From IMG/VR virus record IMGVR_UViG_3300025015_000015: a DNA stretch of 64,000 nt; one strand, written 5' to 3'. Position numbers and translations under genes: made by a program. Shown in pieces: positions 1 through 10,214 of this stretch (the first letter of the stretch is position 1; each line of letters starts with the position of its first letter). Origin of the DNA: a virus. Taxonomy: Duplodnaviria > Heunggongvirae > Uroviricota > Caudoviricetes. The notes under the pieces were generated by a model. It searched no databases and had not been told where the DNA came from. It saw only the letters and a list, made by a program, of their open reading frames with translations.

Positions 1-107
1 CTTTAGAAGGAGCACCACAAGAAGTTGGTGGTAGTTTTTACTGTTCTCATAATTCTGTTCCATGTGAAAAATTAATGAAAACTGTTAAAAGAAGTTATTT
101 AAAATAA
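1..107 (+). CDS. 3' end of an upstream gene (partial, ...LEGAPQEVGGSFYCSHNSVPCEKLMKTVKRSYLK*)
   Basis: Open frame running in from the window edge to TAA at 105-107, followed by an AAAGGAA RBS for the next gene. Confidence 0.3.
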   Translation, partial: LEGAPQEVGGSFYCSHNSVPCEKLMKTVKRSYLK

Positions 108-121
108 AGGAATATAATTTA

Positions 122-1900
122 ATGGATTATCCTGGTCATAAAACAAAAAAGTTATTTATTAAAGATATTGGTGTTGACAAGAATTCAATAAAGTTTCTGG
201 AAGCTATGTCACACAAATTAGAAAGGGATTATTTATCTTTATTTAATAAATTAATTTTTGAATACAAAAAAGGAGAAATAAAGAAGGAAAGTCAAAAAGC
301 TTCTGATCTTGTTTTAGCAACAATATTAATCATTGATAGAATAATAAAATTGGGGATTGTTTCTAAAGATGATGAAAAACTTATAATATCAAACATAGAA
401 TTAATAAATGAATATAAGAAGTTGTTAATTAATTCGGCGTCAAAAACAATATCCTTTAGAAAACGTCTCAAACGTATTGAAGGAGAAATTGGAATTTCAA
501 TTGATGATCTTACAATATCTAAGTCAATAGCCAAGAAGATTGTGGAAAAGGCAAAAGGTGGTATTGGTGTCTCTAGATTTGTTGCTAAGAAAGCCACTAG
601 ATATGCTGAAGAAAAGGCTTTAGATATATCCCAATCTATTACTACCAGTCTTTTTGGGCCTTTTGGTTTTATGATGGAGGATGTTTTCAAAGGTCTTAAG
701 GATGTTTTAAAATACTCAAGAATGCGTGGTAAAAAGAAGAAGGAAGAAAAACTTCTTTCGTCAATGAAAGAACGTTCTTCAGGTAGAGAAATGTTGTCCA
801 AACCAGACATTCTTGGACACGCAATGGATCAGTCCAAAAGGCGTAAGAAGGCTACTTCGTCTGTTTTTCCATACTTCAGAATCAAACCAAAGCGAAGGGA
901 CCATGGTGTTGGTTTGATGCCAACGGAGGGCAAGAAAAGGCCATTCCTGAATGCCCAGGAGGTAGGATTTGCTCATGAGAAATTAACCGTTAAATGTGGA
1001 TTATTTCAGTTTTTTAATAAGGATGCATATAGGGCTAAATGGACTCGTGAACTTCTCAAGGCCGTGAAGGGGGAGCACGCAGGAGGTGTTGGTGGGATTG
1101 GGTCTAATCTTTTTGGACTCCTTGGAAAGGCTGGACAATTAGCTGCGTTAGCTGCTTCCATAGGTCTTACTGTAGATCAGCTTATTAAACTGAAAAATGC
1201 ATTTAGTGATCTTGAAAAATCAAAACAACTTGAAAACAAAGCTGCTGACCAGTTAATTGCTGCTACCAAACAAAAGATAAATAAGATTAAAGAAGTTGGT
1301 GGAATAGAGGCATATGGAGAAAAAGTTGGTAAGACACCGAGGCAAGTTGCACTTGACCTAGCATCCGCAAGGCAAAGAACTTTGCTTGATAAGGTTCATG
1401 CAAGACCGTGGTGGTTAAGGTCATTGGAAAGCCTTCCTTTCATGAAATTAACCGGTGCTGGTAAGATATTTAATCCATTGAGAAGAGAGAAACCGTTTTA
1501 TGAACAAGTATCTGAATTTGAAAAAGGTCTTTCTAGGAAACAGGTCATTGATGTTCCTGCAACACAATCAGTTGATGAATTAATGAGGAATAGGGCTGAA
1601 AGAGAGGTTAGATTGAGTAGTAAGAAAACTGGTACTATGGTTCCAAGTACCAGAAGGAATGAAGATCTTAAGAAAGACATAAGGATTATCGATTTGTCCA
1701 AGATTCATAAAAATGAAGATCATACTAAGGAAGTTGTTACTGAAGTTAAAAAATTAAATAAAAATTTGGAAGATTGGCAAAGGAGATCAGGAAGTAATAG
1801 GTCAACTATTGATGCTGGAAGAATAAGAGATCCAAATGATTCTAGTGATGCTTTATTAAGAGGACTTAATGGTGTTGATGGATTACGCGTTGGAGATTAA
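122..1900 (+). CDS. tail tape-measure-like protein (Lys-rich, Gly/Ala-rich central segment GGVGGIGSNLFGLLGKAGQLAALAASIGL)
   Basis: 592 aa, compositionally like tape-measure or internal tail proteins; sits immediately upstream of the baseplate genes. Confidence 0.4.
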   Translation: MDYPGHKTKKLFIKDIGVDKNSIKFLEAMSHKLERDYLSLFNKLIFEYKKGEIKKESQKASDLVLATILIIDRIIKLGIVSKDDEKLIISNIELINEYKKLLINSASKTISFRKRLKRIEGEIGISIDDLTISKSIAKKIVEKAKGGIGVSRFVAKKATRYAEEKALDISQSITTSLFGPFGFMMEDVFKGLKDVLKYSRMRGKKKKEEKLLSSMKERSSGREMLSKPDILGHAMDQSKRRKKATSSVFPYFRIKPKRRDHGVGLMPTEGKKRPFLNAQEVGFAHEKLTVKCGLFQFFNKDAYRAKWTRELLKAVKGEHAGGVGGIGSNLFGLLGKAGQLAALAASIGLTVDQLIKLKNAFSDLEKSKQLENKAADQLIAATKQKINKIKEVGGIEAYGEKVGKTPRQVALDLASARQRTLLDKVHARPWWLRSLESLPFMKLTGAGKIFNPLRREKPFYEQVSEFEKGLSRKQVIDVPATQSVDELMRNRAEREVRLSSKKTGTMVPSTRRNEDLKKDIRIIDLSKIHKNEDHTKEVVTEVKKLNKNLEDWQRRSGSNRSTIDAGRIRDPNDSSDALLRGLNGVDGLRVGD

Positions 1901-1903
1901 AAT

Positions 1904-2773
1904 ATGTTTAATGATTATGTTACTAAAACATTAAACGATGACTCAAAAGGGAATCCGGAGTTTCTAAATGTTACATCATTTGAATCAAGGTCTAAATCAA
2001 CGGATATAAAGAATTCATCTGTTGGTTCATATAAGTTTAGTACCTGTGGATTTTCTCAAGATGGAAATAAAATTAGTCCTGCATATCTTGTAAGAATTAA
2101 AGATTATAGACAGCGTATGATTGTTATTGGTGTCCTTCAGGATAACATAACAATGAAGGCTGAATCTTTTTGGGAACCGTATATCCCAACTTCAATATCC
2201 GATATCGCTGATTCATTGGTCCAAGCAGCTTCCGGTGGAGCCAGATCCCTCGTTACTAAGGCTACTCAACGTAGAAAGTGGAAGGGAACAACGCCAATAG
2301 AAATTACTATGAACCTAAAATTTGAATCTGTTAATAATACATATAGAAATGTTGTTCAACCGTGTAATGTTTTACAATCTTTAGCACTTCCTAGCCAGGG
2401 GGCTGCTGCGGAGGAACTTCGCACATGGTCCGATGTGAAACAAGCTCTTCCATTTTTGGCTCCTCCTGGTCCTTCTCCTTTTACATGGGAAGGAGTTTTG
2501 AATATAGCTAGTCCTGAATCTAAAAAGAGAAGGGAAAATGAAATTATTAAAAGTCTTCGTGGGGGGGATCTTATTGTTATTAACATAGGAAGATTTCTTA
2601 CTTTTTATAACGTTATATTAAAGGTTCCCATTGTTGAATTCCATAATAAATTCGATAAGAATTGTGATCCAATAGCTGCTAATGTTAGTCTTACTTTTGA
2701 GACGTATGAAATAAGCACTGTAGAAGATTTAGCACAATCTTATAATAAGACGAATTTGTCGGAAAAGGCATAA
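1904..2773 (+). CDS. hypothetical tail/baseplate assembly protein
   Basis: Lies between the tape-measure-like gene and the LysM tail protein X, by analogy with P2/Mu gene order; no recognisable motif. Confidence 0.3.
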   Translation: MFNDYVTKTLNDDSKGNPEFLNVTSFESRSKSTDIKNSSVGSYKFSTCGFSQDGNKISPAYLVRIKDYRQRMIVIGVLQDNITMKAESFWEPYIPTSISDIADSLVQAASGGARSLVTKATQRRKWKGTTPIEITMNLKFESVNNTYRNVVQPCNVLQSLALPSQGAAAEELRTWSDVKQALPFLAPPGPSPFTWEGVLNIASPESKKRRENEIIKSLRGGDLIVINIGRFLTFYNVILKVPIVEFHNKFDKNCDPIAANVSLTFETYEISTVEDLAQSYNKTNLSEKA

Positions 2774-2774
2774 C

Positions 2775-3086
2775 ATGAAAAGAACTGATTATTACAATAA
2801 ATTGACAGTAGATGGAGTTCAGGAACTTGACTTCTTATGGAATAGTATTTCCGAATTTAAAACAAATTATCCAGTAAAATATTATAGAATAAGGGATGAA
2901 GACGTAATGAGGCCGGATCTTATAAGCCATAAGATGTATGGTAATGTATTTTTTTTCTGGATTATTATGATAGTAAATAATATTGAAAATCCTCTTACTG
3001 ATATTATTCCTGGAATGTTACTAAAAATACCAAGTGTTCTGGACGTTTATGACTTTACCAAAAAATTCAGAGCTAGAAGGAGTTAA
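2775..3086 (+). CDS. tail protein X-like LysM-domain protein
   Basis: The stretch YRIRDEDVMRPDLISHKMYG...PGMLLKIP fits the LysM / Phage_tail_X pattern. Confidence 0.5.
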   Translation: MKRTDYYNKLTVDGVQELDFLWNSISEFKTNYPVKYYRIRDEDVMRPDLISHKMYGNVFFFWIIMIVNNIENPLTDIIPGMLLKIPSVLDVYDFTKKFRARRS

Positions 3087-3182
3087 GGTGTTAGAAGTTA
3101 AGACAAAAATATGTACAAAGTGTAGTTTTGAAAAGCCGATAACAAAAGAATATTTAAGAAACTTTGCTATAGAAGGCATATA
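3087..3182 (+). pseudogene. 31-codon fragment matching the N-terminal zinc-finger motif of the HNH homing endonuclease family (VLEVKTKICTKCSFEKP...)
   Basis: Motif shared with the N-terminus of the intact HNH gene at 48880-49629 (MSNMEEVKTKICTKCHKEKP); GTG start lies 5 nt after an AAGGAG. Confidence 0.35.
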
Positions 3183-4367
3183 ATGAGTCTCATACTTGAG
3201 GTGGTTGGTAACTTCTATTTACGAATTAATTTTGGTGACCAGATAGTACCTATTCAACCTGGAATGATACGAGAAGTTTCTATAACTCAGGACATTAACT
3301 CTTTTCTTCCAACGTTTAGAATTGCTATTCAGGATACTGGTAATTATTTAACTAATATTATTCCATATGATAAAAGTTTAAATACAGTGAATATTGAAAT
3401 TGGAAAGACAATTTTTTCTAATGATTTAAATTTATTTAATTTCAGGGTTCTTAGGAGAACTCCAACTGCTGATGGAATTTATGAAATCTCAGGAATTTTG
3501 GATGTAAGTAAATTATTTTCATATTCAATAAGTCGTGGTTTTAGTGGAACAATAAAGGAAACTTTGACTGAAATTGCTGAAGAAATTGGTATTTCCAATG
3601 TTAATATTGGGGATTCTTTATCTTATAAGAAGAATTTAGTTCAGCCTCAATGGACCAATGCCAAATTACTTAGATATCTTCAGTCTAACGTTATAGGAAA
3701 GAATGGAGAAGCAGGATATTATTGCTTTATTACTAATAAGAAAGGTGTTCAATTGTTTGTATTTAGAAGTATAGATGAAATTTTTACCGATTCAATTCAA
3801 TATAAATTTCTTGTTGGTCAAGGAGCTTATGAAGATTATTATCCTATAGTTGATTATAAAATACACGATAATTCAAGTTTACTTAGTGAATTTGGTTCTA
3901 AAAATCAAATTTATAGTTATTTTGATTATGATACCGGAACTTATGTAGAAAAAACTATTGATGTTACTGAATGTCCATCTTTAACTGAGTTAATCTTAAT
4001 TGATAAGGATGATGATACCAAAAATTCACCATATATAAAATTTGGCTCAAGCAATGATTTCACTTCGGATTTTGATGGTAAAGTAAGAAACAGTTATTAT
4101 GATAGAATAACAAATCTTGTAAATATGTGGTTTACCACTTGGGGTTTAGAAAATTTGGTTCCTGGAGATATTATTAAAATTGTTTTTGCTGAATCTTTAA
4201 GACGTGGGGATGTGTATGTATATCAGCATGAAGGTTATTGGTTGGTGAAACGTGTAGTGCATATGTTTACCACTTCGTTTGTTTCCAATGTTCTTGTTAC
4301 TAGAACAGGTGTGGATACTTCCATTGATAATTCATTAATTGAGGCTACAAATAGGAAGCGAAAATAA
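3183..4367 (+). CDS. baseplate hub protein (gpD / Mu gp44-like) candidate
   Basis: 394 aa ORF placed between the LysM tail protein X and the gpV spike, as in P2/Mu. Confidence 0.35.
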   Translation: MSLILEVVGNFYLRINFGDQIVPIQPGMIREVSITQDINSFLPTFRIAIQDTGNYLTNIIPYDKSLNTVNIEIGKTIFSNDLNLFNFRVLRRTPTADGIYEISGILDVSKLFSYSISRGFSGTIKETLTEIAEEIGISNVNIGDSLSYKKNLVQPQWTNAKLLRYLQSNVIGKNGEAGYYCFITNKKGVQLFVFRSIDEIFTDSIQYKFLVGQGAYEDYYPIVDYKIHDNSSLLSEFGSKNQIYSYFDYDTGTYVEKTIDVTECPSLTELILIDKDDDTKNSPYIKFGSSNDFTSDFDGKVRNSYYDRITNLVNMWFTTWGLENLVPGDIIKIVFAESLRRGDVYVYQHEGYWLVKRVVHMFTTSFVSNVLVTRTGVDTSIDNSLIEATNRKRK

Positions 4368-4960
4368 TGGATATTAAGTCAGACAATTTAAAGCTTAATG
4401 GAATTTATAGAGGTCAAGTTGTAGATAATAATGATCCAAATAAATGGGGTAGAATTAAATTAAATGTTTTTGGACTTTTTGATGGTGTTGACACGGATCA
4501 ATTAATGTGGGCTAAACCGGGTTTACCAATTTTTTCCGGTTCCGGTTCCGGATATGGGTGGTTTGCCGTTCCTGAAATAGGCTCGTATGTTTTTGTTTTT
4601 TTTGAGGCAGGAGATGTTTATCAGCCTGTATATTTTGCCGAGGCTCCCAATGGATTATATGGTCATCCAACAATAGGGGATACTAATTATCCAAATAGAC
4701 GTGGATTTAAAACTAAATCGGGAAATCTTATATATGTTGATGATATAGATGGGACTATCAGAATACAAACATCTTCAGGTGCATATATAAATATAACTGG
4801 TAATAATATAAATATAACTGGTAATAATGTAACATTAACGGGGGCTTTGGTTACTTTGAATGGTGTTGTTAATAATGTTGGTGGATCTTCTGGAACTTTT
4901 CAAAGTAAAGATGATAAAACTGTTGTTGTGCTTAATGGTGTGGTAATGTCAATTACTTAA
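4367..4960 (+). CDS. baseplate spike / assembly protein V (gpV, gp5 OB-fold family) with a C-terminal beta-helical repeat
   Basis: The motif GIYRGQVVDNNDPNKWGRIKLNV matches the gpV/VgrG family signature GxVxDxxDPxxxGRVKV; C-terminus has an INITGNN repeat. Confidence 0.75.
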   Translation: MDIKSDNLKLNGIYRGQVVDNNDPNKWGRIKLNVFGLFDGVDTDQLMWAKPGLPIFSGSGSGYGWFAVPEIGSYVFVFFEAGDVYQPVYFAEAPNGLYGHPTIGDTNYPNRRGFKTKSGNLIYVDDIDGTIRIQTSSGAYINITGNNINITGNNVTLTGALVTLNGVVNNVGGSSGTFQSKDDKTVVVLNGVVMSIT

Positions 4961-5027
4961 TTAATAATGCATAACATTAGTAAAATTTTTTTATTTTGTA
5001 GACATAGCGTATTTATGGAGTTAAATA

Positions 5028-5417
5028 ATGGAAATTTCTATTGGGGAGATCTGGTCTGATTTGGATCATCGTTTAATTTCTGATTCTCTTGGAAAGCTTA
5101 AATTAAACACCAATGTTCAGTCCGTTATGACATCTATTGATAACATTCTAAGAACACATTTTGGAGAAAGGGTTATGTATCCCCAATTTGGCTTTGGGAT
5201 GGATAGTATAATGTTTGAAAGCATGTCAAGTGATGAGTTGGATATGGCTTCTTCTGATATTAAGAGAGTTATAGAAGCAAACGATGATAGACCTGAAATT
5301 ATAGAAATAAGTTTTTACAAATATCCGGATCAAAATTCGGTATTTTTTGGTATTAAATTCAGAATAAGAGGATTTGAAGAAATTCTCAAATTCGAGTTTC
5401 CTATTATGGGTGGATAA
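5028..5417 (+). CDS. baseplate wedge protein gpW / gp25-like (GPW_gp25 family)
   Basis: The motif HFGERVMYPQFGFGMD is the typical GPW/gp25 signature; 129 aa. Confidence 0.75.
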   Translation: MEISIGEIWSDLDHRLISDSLGKLKLNTNVQSVMTSIDNILRTHFGERVMYPQFGFGMDSIMFESMSSDELDMASSDIKRVIEANDDRPEIIEISFYKYPDQNSVFFGIKFRIRGFEEILKFEFPIMGG

Positions 5418-5418
5418 T

Positions 5419-7131
5419 ATGACATTAAATTATGTGAATTATAATTTTGATGATATGGTAACGGTCCTTCAGGATAGACTTAAGAATAAGGATGCATGGA
5501 AGGATATATACAGAAGCAGCACTGGTCAAATGCTGATAGAATTATTAGCATACATTTTGGAACAAGGATTATACTACACTGAACGAAGAGCACAAGAATC
5601 ATATCTTTCCTTAGCTAAGAATAGATCTAGTGTTGTTAATTTAGTTAGTTTGCTTAATTATGTTCCAAAGAGAAAATCTTCTTCTGTTGGTGTTTTAACC
5701 TTTACTATTAGCATTGCAAATTCAAAAAATGTTTACATTCCAAAATATACCGAATGTGAATCAGTTGATGGATATAAATTCCTAACCAATGAATCTGCTG
5801 CAATAGAAAAAGGTCAGACTGCTGTATCAATAAATTCAATTCAGGGATCTTTAATTACGATTAACACTTCTGCTAATGGCACTACAAATCAAGAATATTT
5901 GATTAATGATATACTAGTTGAAAATTCTGCTGATACAACCAATCCAACTTTAAGGGTTGTGGTTGATGGTGTTGAATGGACATTAGTTTCATCGTTTATA
6001 AATAGTGATACTGAAGATACTCATTATAAAATAGTTAATAATATGGAGAGCACCGTTAGTATCATATTTGGTGATGGTGTCAATGGGAAGGTTCCACCAA
6101 ATGGATCTACTGTTGCAATAACATATGTAAGAACTGATGGTCTGGATGGAAATGTTACTTATACTGGAAAGATAACTACACTTAATGACACAATTTATGA
6201 TGAAGATGGTACTGCTGTTACAAATATAACGGTAAATAATAATGGATCTTTTCTTGGTGGAGATGTTGAAGAGGATATAGAAGAGATAAGATATGAAGCT
6301 CCAAGGGTTTTCGCTACTGGTGATAGAGCAGTAAGTAAGACTGACTTTATTTCAATTTTAGAGAATTATTCAGGTGTGGCAAACGTAAATGTTTGGGGGG
6401 AAAATGAAGAAGCTGAAGCTGATGGAGTTGATGCCGATTATGAAATGTTAAACAAAGTAAAAATGAGTATAATACTTCAGGAATGGGAACTTCCTGATAC
6501 CAATTTTAAAACTGTTTTATCCGAATATATATATAATAAGTCAATGTTGACGGTTAAATATGAATTTGTTACTCCGATATTTTTAAATGTTATTCCAACT
6601 TTAAGGGTTGTTGTTTCAACTGGATATTCATTATCACAGGCACAATCTGATATTGATAACGTAGTTGCAGATGAATTTATTCTTGGAGACACAACCAAAC
6701 TTGGTACTATAATTAAATACAGTGAAGTTTTAAGTGCCATTCATGACTTGGCTAGCGTTTCATATGCAACAATGACACTTGAAATTAGGAAGGACTTAAT
6801 TGATACTTATGATTCATTTTTTGATTGGGGTGAAGCACTAGAAGCTATTGATATTAAACCGGAATCGTGCAGACTGTTTATTGATGATGTTTATGTCACA
6901 ACAGATGTAAATGGCGGGGCTGGGGTTGGAACGTTTTCAAACGTTGGTATATATACAATAAATGGTACTGTTAACTATACTACTGGTGTTGTTCTTTTAG
7001 ATATATCTCCAGTAGCGTCATTTGTTTGCATTCGTTATCAACAGAACAAGTATGGAAACATTGAACCCACTTTTAAGCAGATTGCAAAGTTGTACGATGT
7101 GGATGTTGAAAATATTGAGATGGAGAGTTAA
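5419..7131 (+). CDS. baseplate J / gp6-like wedge protein
   Basis: Roughly 570 aa ORF directly after the gp25-like gene; start chosen at 5419 (GGTGGA RBS, TAATATG) rather than the 5374 track start. Confidence 0.6.
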   Translation: MTLNYVNYNFDDMVTVLQDRLKNKDAWKDIYRSSTGQMLIELLAYILEQGLYYTERRAQESYLSLAKNRSSVVNLVSLLNYVPKRKSSSVGVLTFTISIANSKNVYIPKYTECESVDGYKFLTNESAAIEKGQTAVSINSIQGSLITINTSANGTTNQEYLINDILVENSADTTNPTLRVVVDGVEWTLVSSFINSDTEDTHYKIVNNMESTVSIIFGDGVNGKVPPNGSTVAITYVRTDGLDGNVTYTGKITTLNDTIYDEDGTAVTNITVNNNGSFLGGDVEEDIEEIRYEAPRVFATGDRAVSKTDFISILENYSGVANVNVWGENEEAEADGVDADYEMLNKVKMSIILQEWELPDTNFKTVLSEYIYNKSMLTVKYEFVTPIFLNVIPTLRVVVSTGYSLSQAQSDIDNVVADEFILGDTTKLGTIIKYSEVLSAIHDLASVSYATMTLEIRKDLIDTYDSFFDWGEALEAIDIKPESCRLFIDDVYVTTDVNGGAGVGTFSNVGIYTINGTVNYTTGVVLLDISPVASFVCIRYQQNKYGNIEPTFKQIAKLYDVDVENIEMES

Positions 7132-7133
7132 AA

Positions 7134-7640
7134 ATGATAGAGAACATTTGGAATAGTATTTGGGAAGCTAAATTTATTGATAAAAATGGAAAATTAAAAT
7201 ATTCATTCAAAGGTCCGAACGCTGCTGCTGACGAAGGGAAAAAAGCCGTAGTCGATTCGTTTTTGATAAATGATAGTTCGGCTTACTTCCTTGAGACTAC
7301 ATTCTTTGTTGGTTTGTATTATGGTGCATTTTCCAGAACTTTAACATTATCAACTATCCCAGGTGAACCCAGTGGAAATGGATATGCAAGACAGGCTTTG
7401 GAACATTCTATTGTTGGTTGGCCAACCATAGAACAGGATGATCTTGGAAATTGGCGTAGGATTTCCAGAGAGGTAACGTTTACATCTTCCGGTGGGGACA
7501 TTGGTCCGTTGTCGGGGGCATTCCTTTGTACGTCTGCCGCTGCCACTGGAATATTAGTTTGTAATTATGCCTTTCCAGTTACTAGGACTGTTCTTTCCGG
7601 TGAATCAATAGCATTTACTGTTAAAGTTAAAATTAAATAG
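7134..7640 (+). CDS. baseplate/tail protein (gpI-like position)
   Basis: Synteny only. Confidence 0.3.
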   Translation: MIENIWNSIWEAKFIDKNGKLKYSFKGPNAAADEGKKAVVDSFLINDSSAYFLETTFFVGLYYGAFSRTLTLSTIPGEPSGNGYARQALEHSIVGWPTIEQDDLGNWRRISREVTFTSSGGDIGPLSGAFLCTSAAATGILVCNYAFPVTRTVLSGESIAFTVKVKIK

Positions 7641-7649
7641 GATTTATTA

Positions 7650-10211
7650 ATGTCGTCTAGATTTATTTATTTAGGTACATCTTTAGATACATTTACACCA
7701 GAATTGCTTTGGCTCTTGGATGACGGGACCGATATCACTATTATGGGGTCAGTTGATATAGGAACCAGGATCTCTTCTATCGCTGTGGGTTCTGCAGATG
7801 GTGCTGTATATGTTTCTTACGGTTCTACTGTGGCAAAGTACATTATCTCCGGAGATGTTTTGGTTCTTGATACTACTTGGGCATCATCGGGACTCATAGC
7901 TATTGGAGCTACAGTAAATGAAATTGCAGTAGATGGGAGTAGTTATTTGGCGGTAGCTCATAATACCGCGTCAACTAAGGAGGCATCACTATATGATGCT
8001 ACGGGGACGTTGGTTTGGAGCGTTTCTTTAGGAAATTTCCATGGAAATTCGGTAGAATTTGATGCCGATGGAAATCTGCTACTTGGTCATCAATCGTCTT
8101 CAAATGGGATTGTTCATGGTAGAAGGGCTAGCAGAGTTAATGGATCAACTTTAACATCATTTCTTTTAGCAGATGCCACTTTACGCGAAGTGTGGGCGTG
8201 CTGTTCCAATGCTTCAACTTCAGTGTATTTTGCACGATCTACCGGAGCAGGTGCAAATAGCACAATTAGAAAATATCCTTATGCGGGTGGTGCTGCTACT
8301 TGGCAACAGGACACTATAGATTCTACAGCCATATCCGATATTAAGTATACTTCGGACGGTGTGTTTGTTTGTGGGAATCGGTATGGAAGTAAATCAGTAT
8401 GGAAGCTATCTGATGTAGATGGAAGTATTGTAACTTCAATTGATTTAGGTGATGATGCATCAAGATTGGATGTTTATCCAACAGGTGAGATCCTTGTAGC
8501 TAGTAATGTAGCCGGTGCAGATGATAACAAGAAATTCTCTTTACGGATTTTAGATCCTGATGATTTATCCACCATTCGCGGATTACTGATGGATACAAAT
8601 ACATCAGGAACAGCAATAGCTACAGGTCCAGTAACGGCAACCACGGTTACCAAGAAATCAATTTTTGTTGGTGGAACAACAGCTACTGTTGCTTTGTGGA
8701 AATTAATTGATAATGGTAGAGCCTTGAGTTGTGTAAACAATTTAAACACTACTGACTTATCCGGAGCCAATGTCAATTCTATACGTGTTTCTTCTTCTCT
8801 TCAACGTTTGTTCGTAGCTACAAATGATCGAATTATTAGATGTTATAATTCCTCCGATCTTACTTTAGATACCACATGGGCAACCCTTGGAGTATTGGAT
8901 TTGAGTTCGGATGTTTCGGCAATATGGCAAATTGCTGTTGATTCCAATGGATATCTGGCAGTAGCTTGTGATGATACTTCAACTCCAAAAGGTTTTGTCT
9001 TTTTATTTGATAATGATGGGATACAGGTCTGGAAGTATCAAGCGGCTTCTCTTGATGGTGGTAGGTCTGTTGATTTTCTTTCAAATGGGGATGTTCTTGC
9101 AGGATTTGATGCGAGTTCCGGATCAATTAATATAGTTCGACAGCTATTACAATTGGATGGAACACTTGTACAGTCCAGCGAAAATTCCATTGGAGTCAGT
9201 GATCGAGTTTTCGGAGTATGTGTTGAAGATGATATTGATGAACATGTTGGATGGGTATGGTCTGATTCTACACAACCATCTATTGTTAGATATGCTGACA
9301 ATACATTAGCTGCTACTTGGACTGCTTCGTTAGGTACAAATTATTTATATTCTATATTGATTCTTGATAATTCGGTTTTTGTAACTGGATATAAGTCAAT
9401 TGATTCTGCTCCATATTATACAGTATGGAAACTTAATAAATCTGATGGGGCCATTTTAGCTTCTTATAGAACATCGGCTACAGTTGATCAATATGGAAGA
9501 ATAATAATTACCGATGGAATTAATATATATGTTGTTGGAACTAATTCATTAAATCAGGATGGATCTACTGTTAGTGTTTCCATTTTTGATACCGATCTTG
9601 TATATCAATATGGTTATTATACCGGATCGGCACTTGCTGCAATTGCTGGTGATTTTGGTACTGCACCAACTATTAGTGATCAATCTACCGATACTACAAT
9701 TCCGGTTGGAAACACATTATCATTGTATGTTACTGCTACGGGGGATGCACCGTTAAGTTATCAATGGTATCAAGATGGAAATCCAGTTGGTACTGATAGT
9801 AGTACTTATACCAAAGCTATAACTGTTGCTTCAGATTATGGAACGTATACATGTACAGTTACTAATGCTATTGGTTCTGATACTTCTGCTGATATCGTTG
9901 TTGTTTTGACTCCAACGATTTCCGCTCAAACCGGTAGTTCAAATGTTTATCTTGGATCTCTAGTTACATTGTCTGTTACTGCAACCGCTGGACCATCTCC
10001 AACTTATCAATGGTATTTAAATGATAATATTATTCCAAGTGCTACTATTTCTACATATGATTATTATGCAATAACTACTGGGACATATATATGTAGAGTA
10101 ACAAATGCTGGAGGATACGTTGATTCTACTCCTATTGTTAAAACTGTTGTTCCAAACCCATATATTAGTATTAATCCATTTGAACTCCAATTTAATATTG
10201 ACAGGACTTAA
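7650..10211 (+). CDS. tail fibre / receptor-binding protein with N-terminal beta-propeller-like repeats and two C-terminal Ig-like (I-set-like) domains
   Basis: Repeated G-x-LVW / W-K-L blade-like motifs; two copies of ...L-x-V-x-A-T-G-x-x-P-x-x-YQWY-x-(D/N)-x-...-GTYTC-x-VTNA-x-G... at aa ~690-840. Confidence 0.5.
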   Translation: MSSRFIYLGTSLDTFTPELLWLLDDGTDITIMGSVDIGTRISSIAVGSADGAVYVSYGSTVAKYIISGDVLVLDTTWASSGLIAIGATVNEIAVDGSSYLAVAHNTASTKEASLYDATGTLVWSVSLGNFHGNSVEFDADGNLLLGHQSSSNGIVHGRRASRVNGSTLTSFLLADATLREVWACCSNASTSVYFARSTGAGANSTIRKYPYAGGAATWQQDTIDSTAISDIKYTSDGVFVCGNRYGSKSVWKLSDVDGSIVTSIDLGDDASRLDVYPTGEILVASNVAGADDNKKFSLRILDPDDLSTIRGLLMDTNTSGTAIATGPVTATTVTKKSIFVGGTTATVALWKLIDNGRALSCVNNLNTTDLSGANVNSIRVSSSLQRLFVATNDRIIRCYNSSDLTLDTTWATLGVLDLSSDVSAIWQIAVDSNGYLAVACDDTSTPKGFVFLFDNDGIQVWKYQAASLDGGRSVDFLSNGDVLAGFDASSGSINIVRQLLQLDGTLVQSSENSIGVSDRVFGVCVEDDIDEHVGWVWSDSTQPSIVRYADNTLAATWTASLGTNYLYSILILDNSVFVTGYKSIDSAPYYTVWKLNKSDGAILASYRTSATVDQYGRIIITDGINIYVVGTNSLNQDGSTVSVSIFDTDLVYQYGYYTGSALAAIAGDFGTAPTISDQSTDTTIPVGNTLSLYVTATGDAPLSYQWYQDGNPVGTDSSTYTKAITVASDYGTYTCTVTNAIGSDTSADIVVVLTPTISAQTGSSNVYLGSLVTLSVTATAGPSPTYQWYLNDNIIPSATISTYDYYAITTGTYICRVTNAGGYVDSTPIVKTVVPNPYISINPFELQFNIDRT

Positions 10212-10214
10212 CAA

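Noticed and set aside
292-976. Minus-strand ORFs (172 aa, 65 aa) antisense to the tape-measure-like gene
   Set aside because: They are fully embedded in a long, well-supported + strand gene and have low-complexity Phe/Ser-rich translations typical of antisense frames in AT-rich DNA.
5374-5418. Track start of the baseplate J-like ORF at 5374, overlapping the gp25-like gene by 44 nt
   Set aside because: An ATG at 5419 with a GGTGGA RBS directly follows the upstream stop and is the more plausible start.
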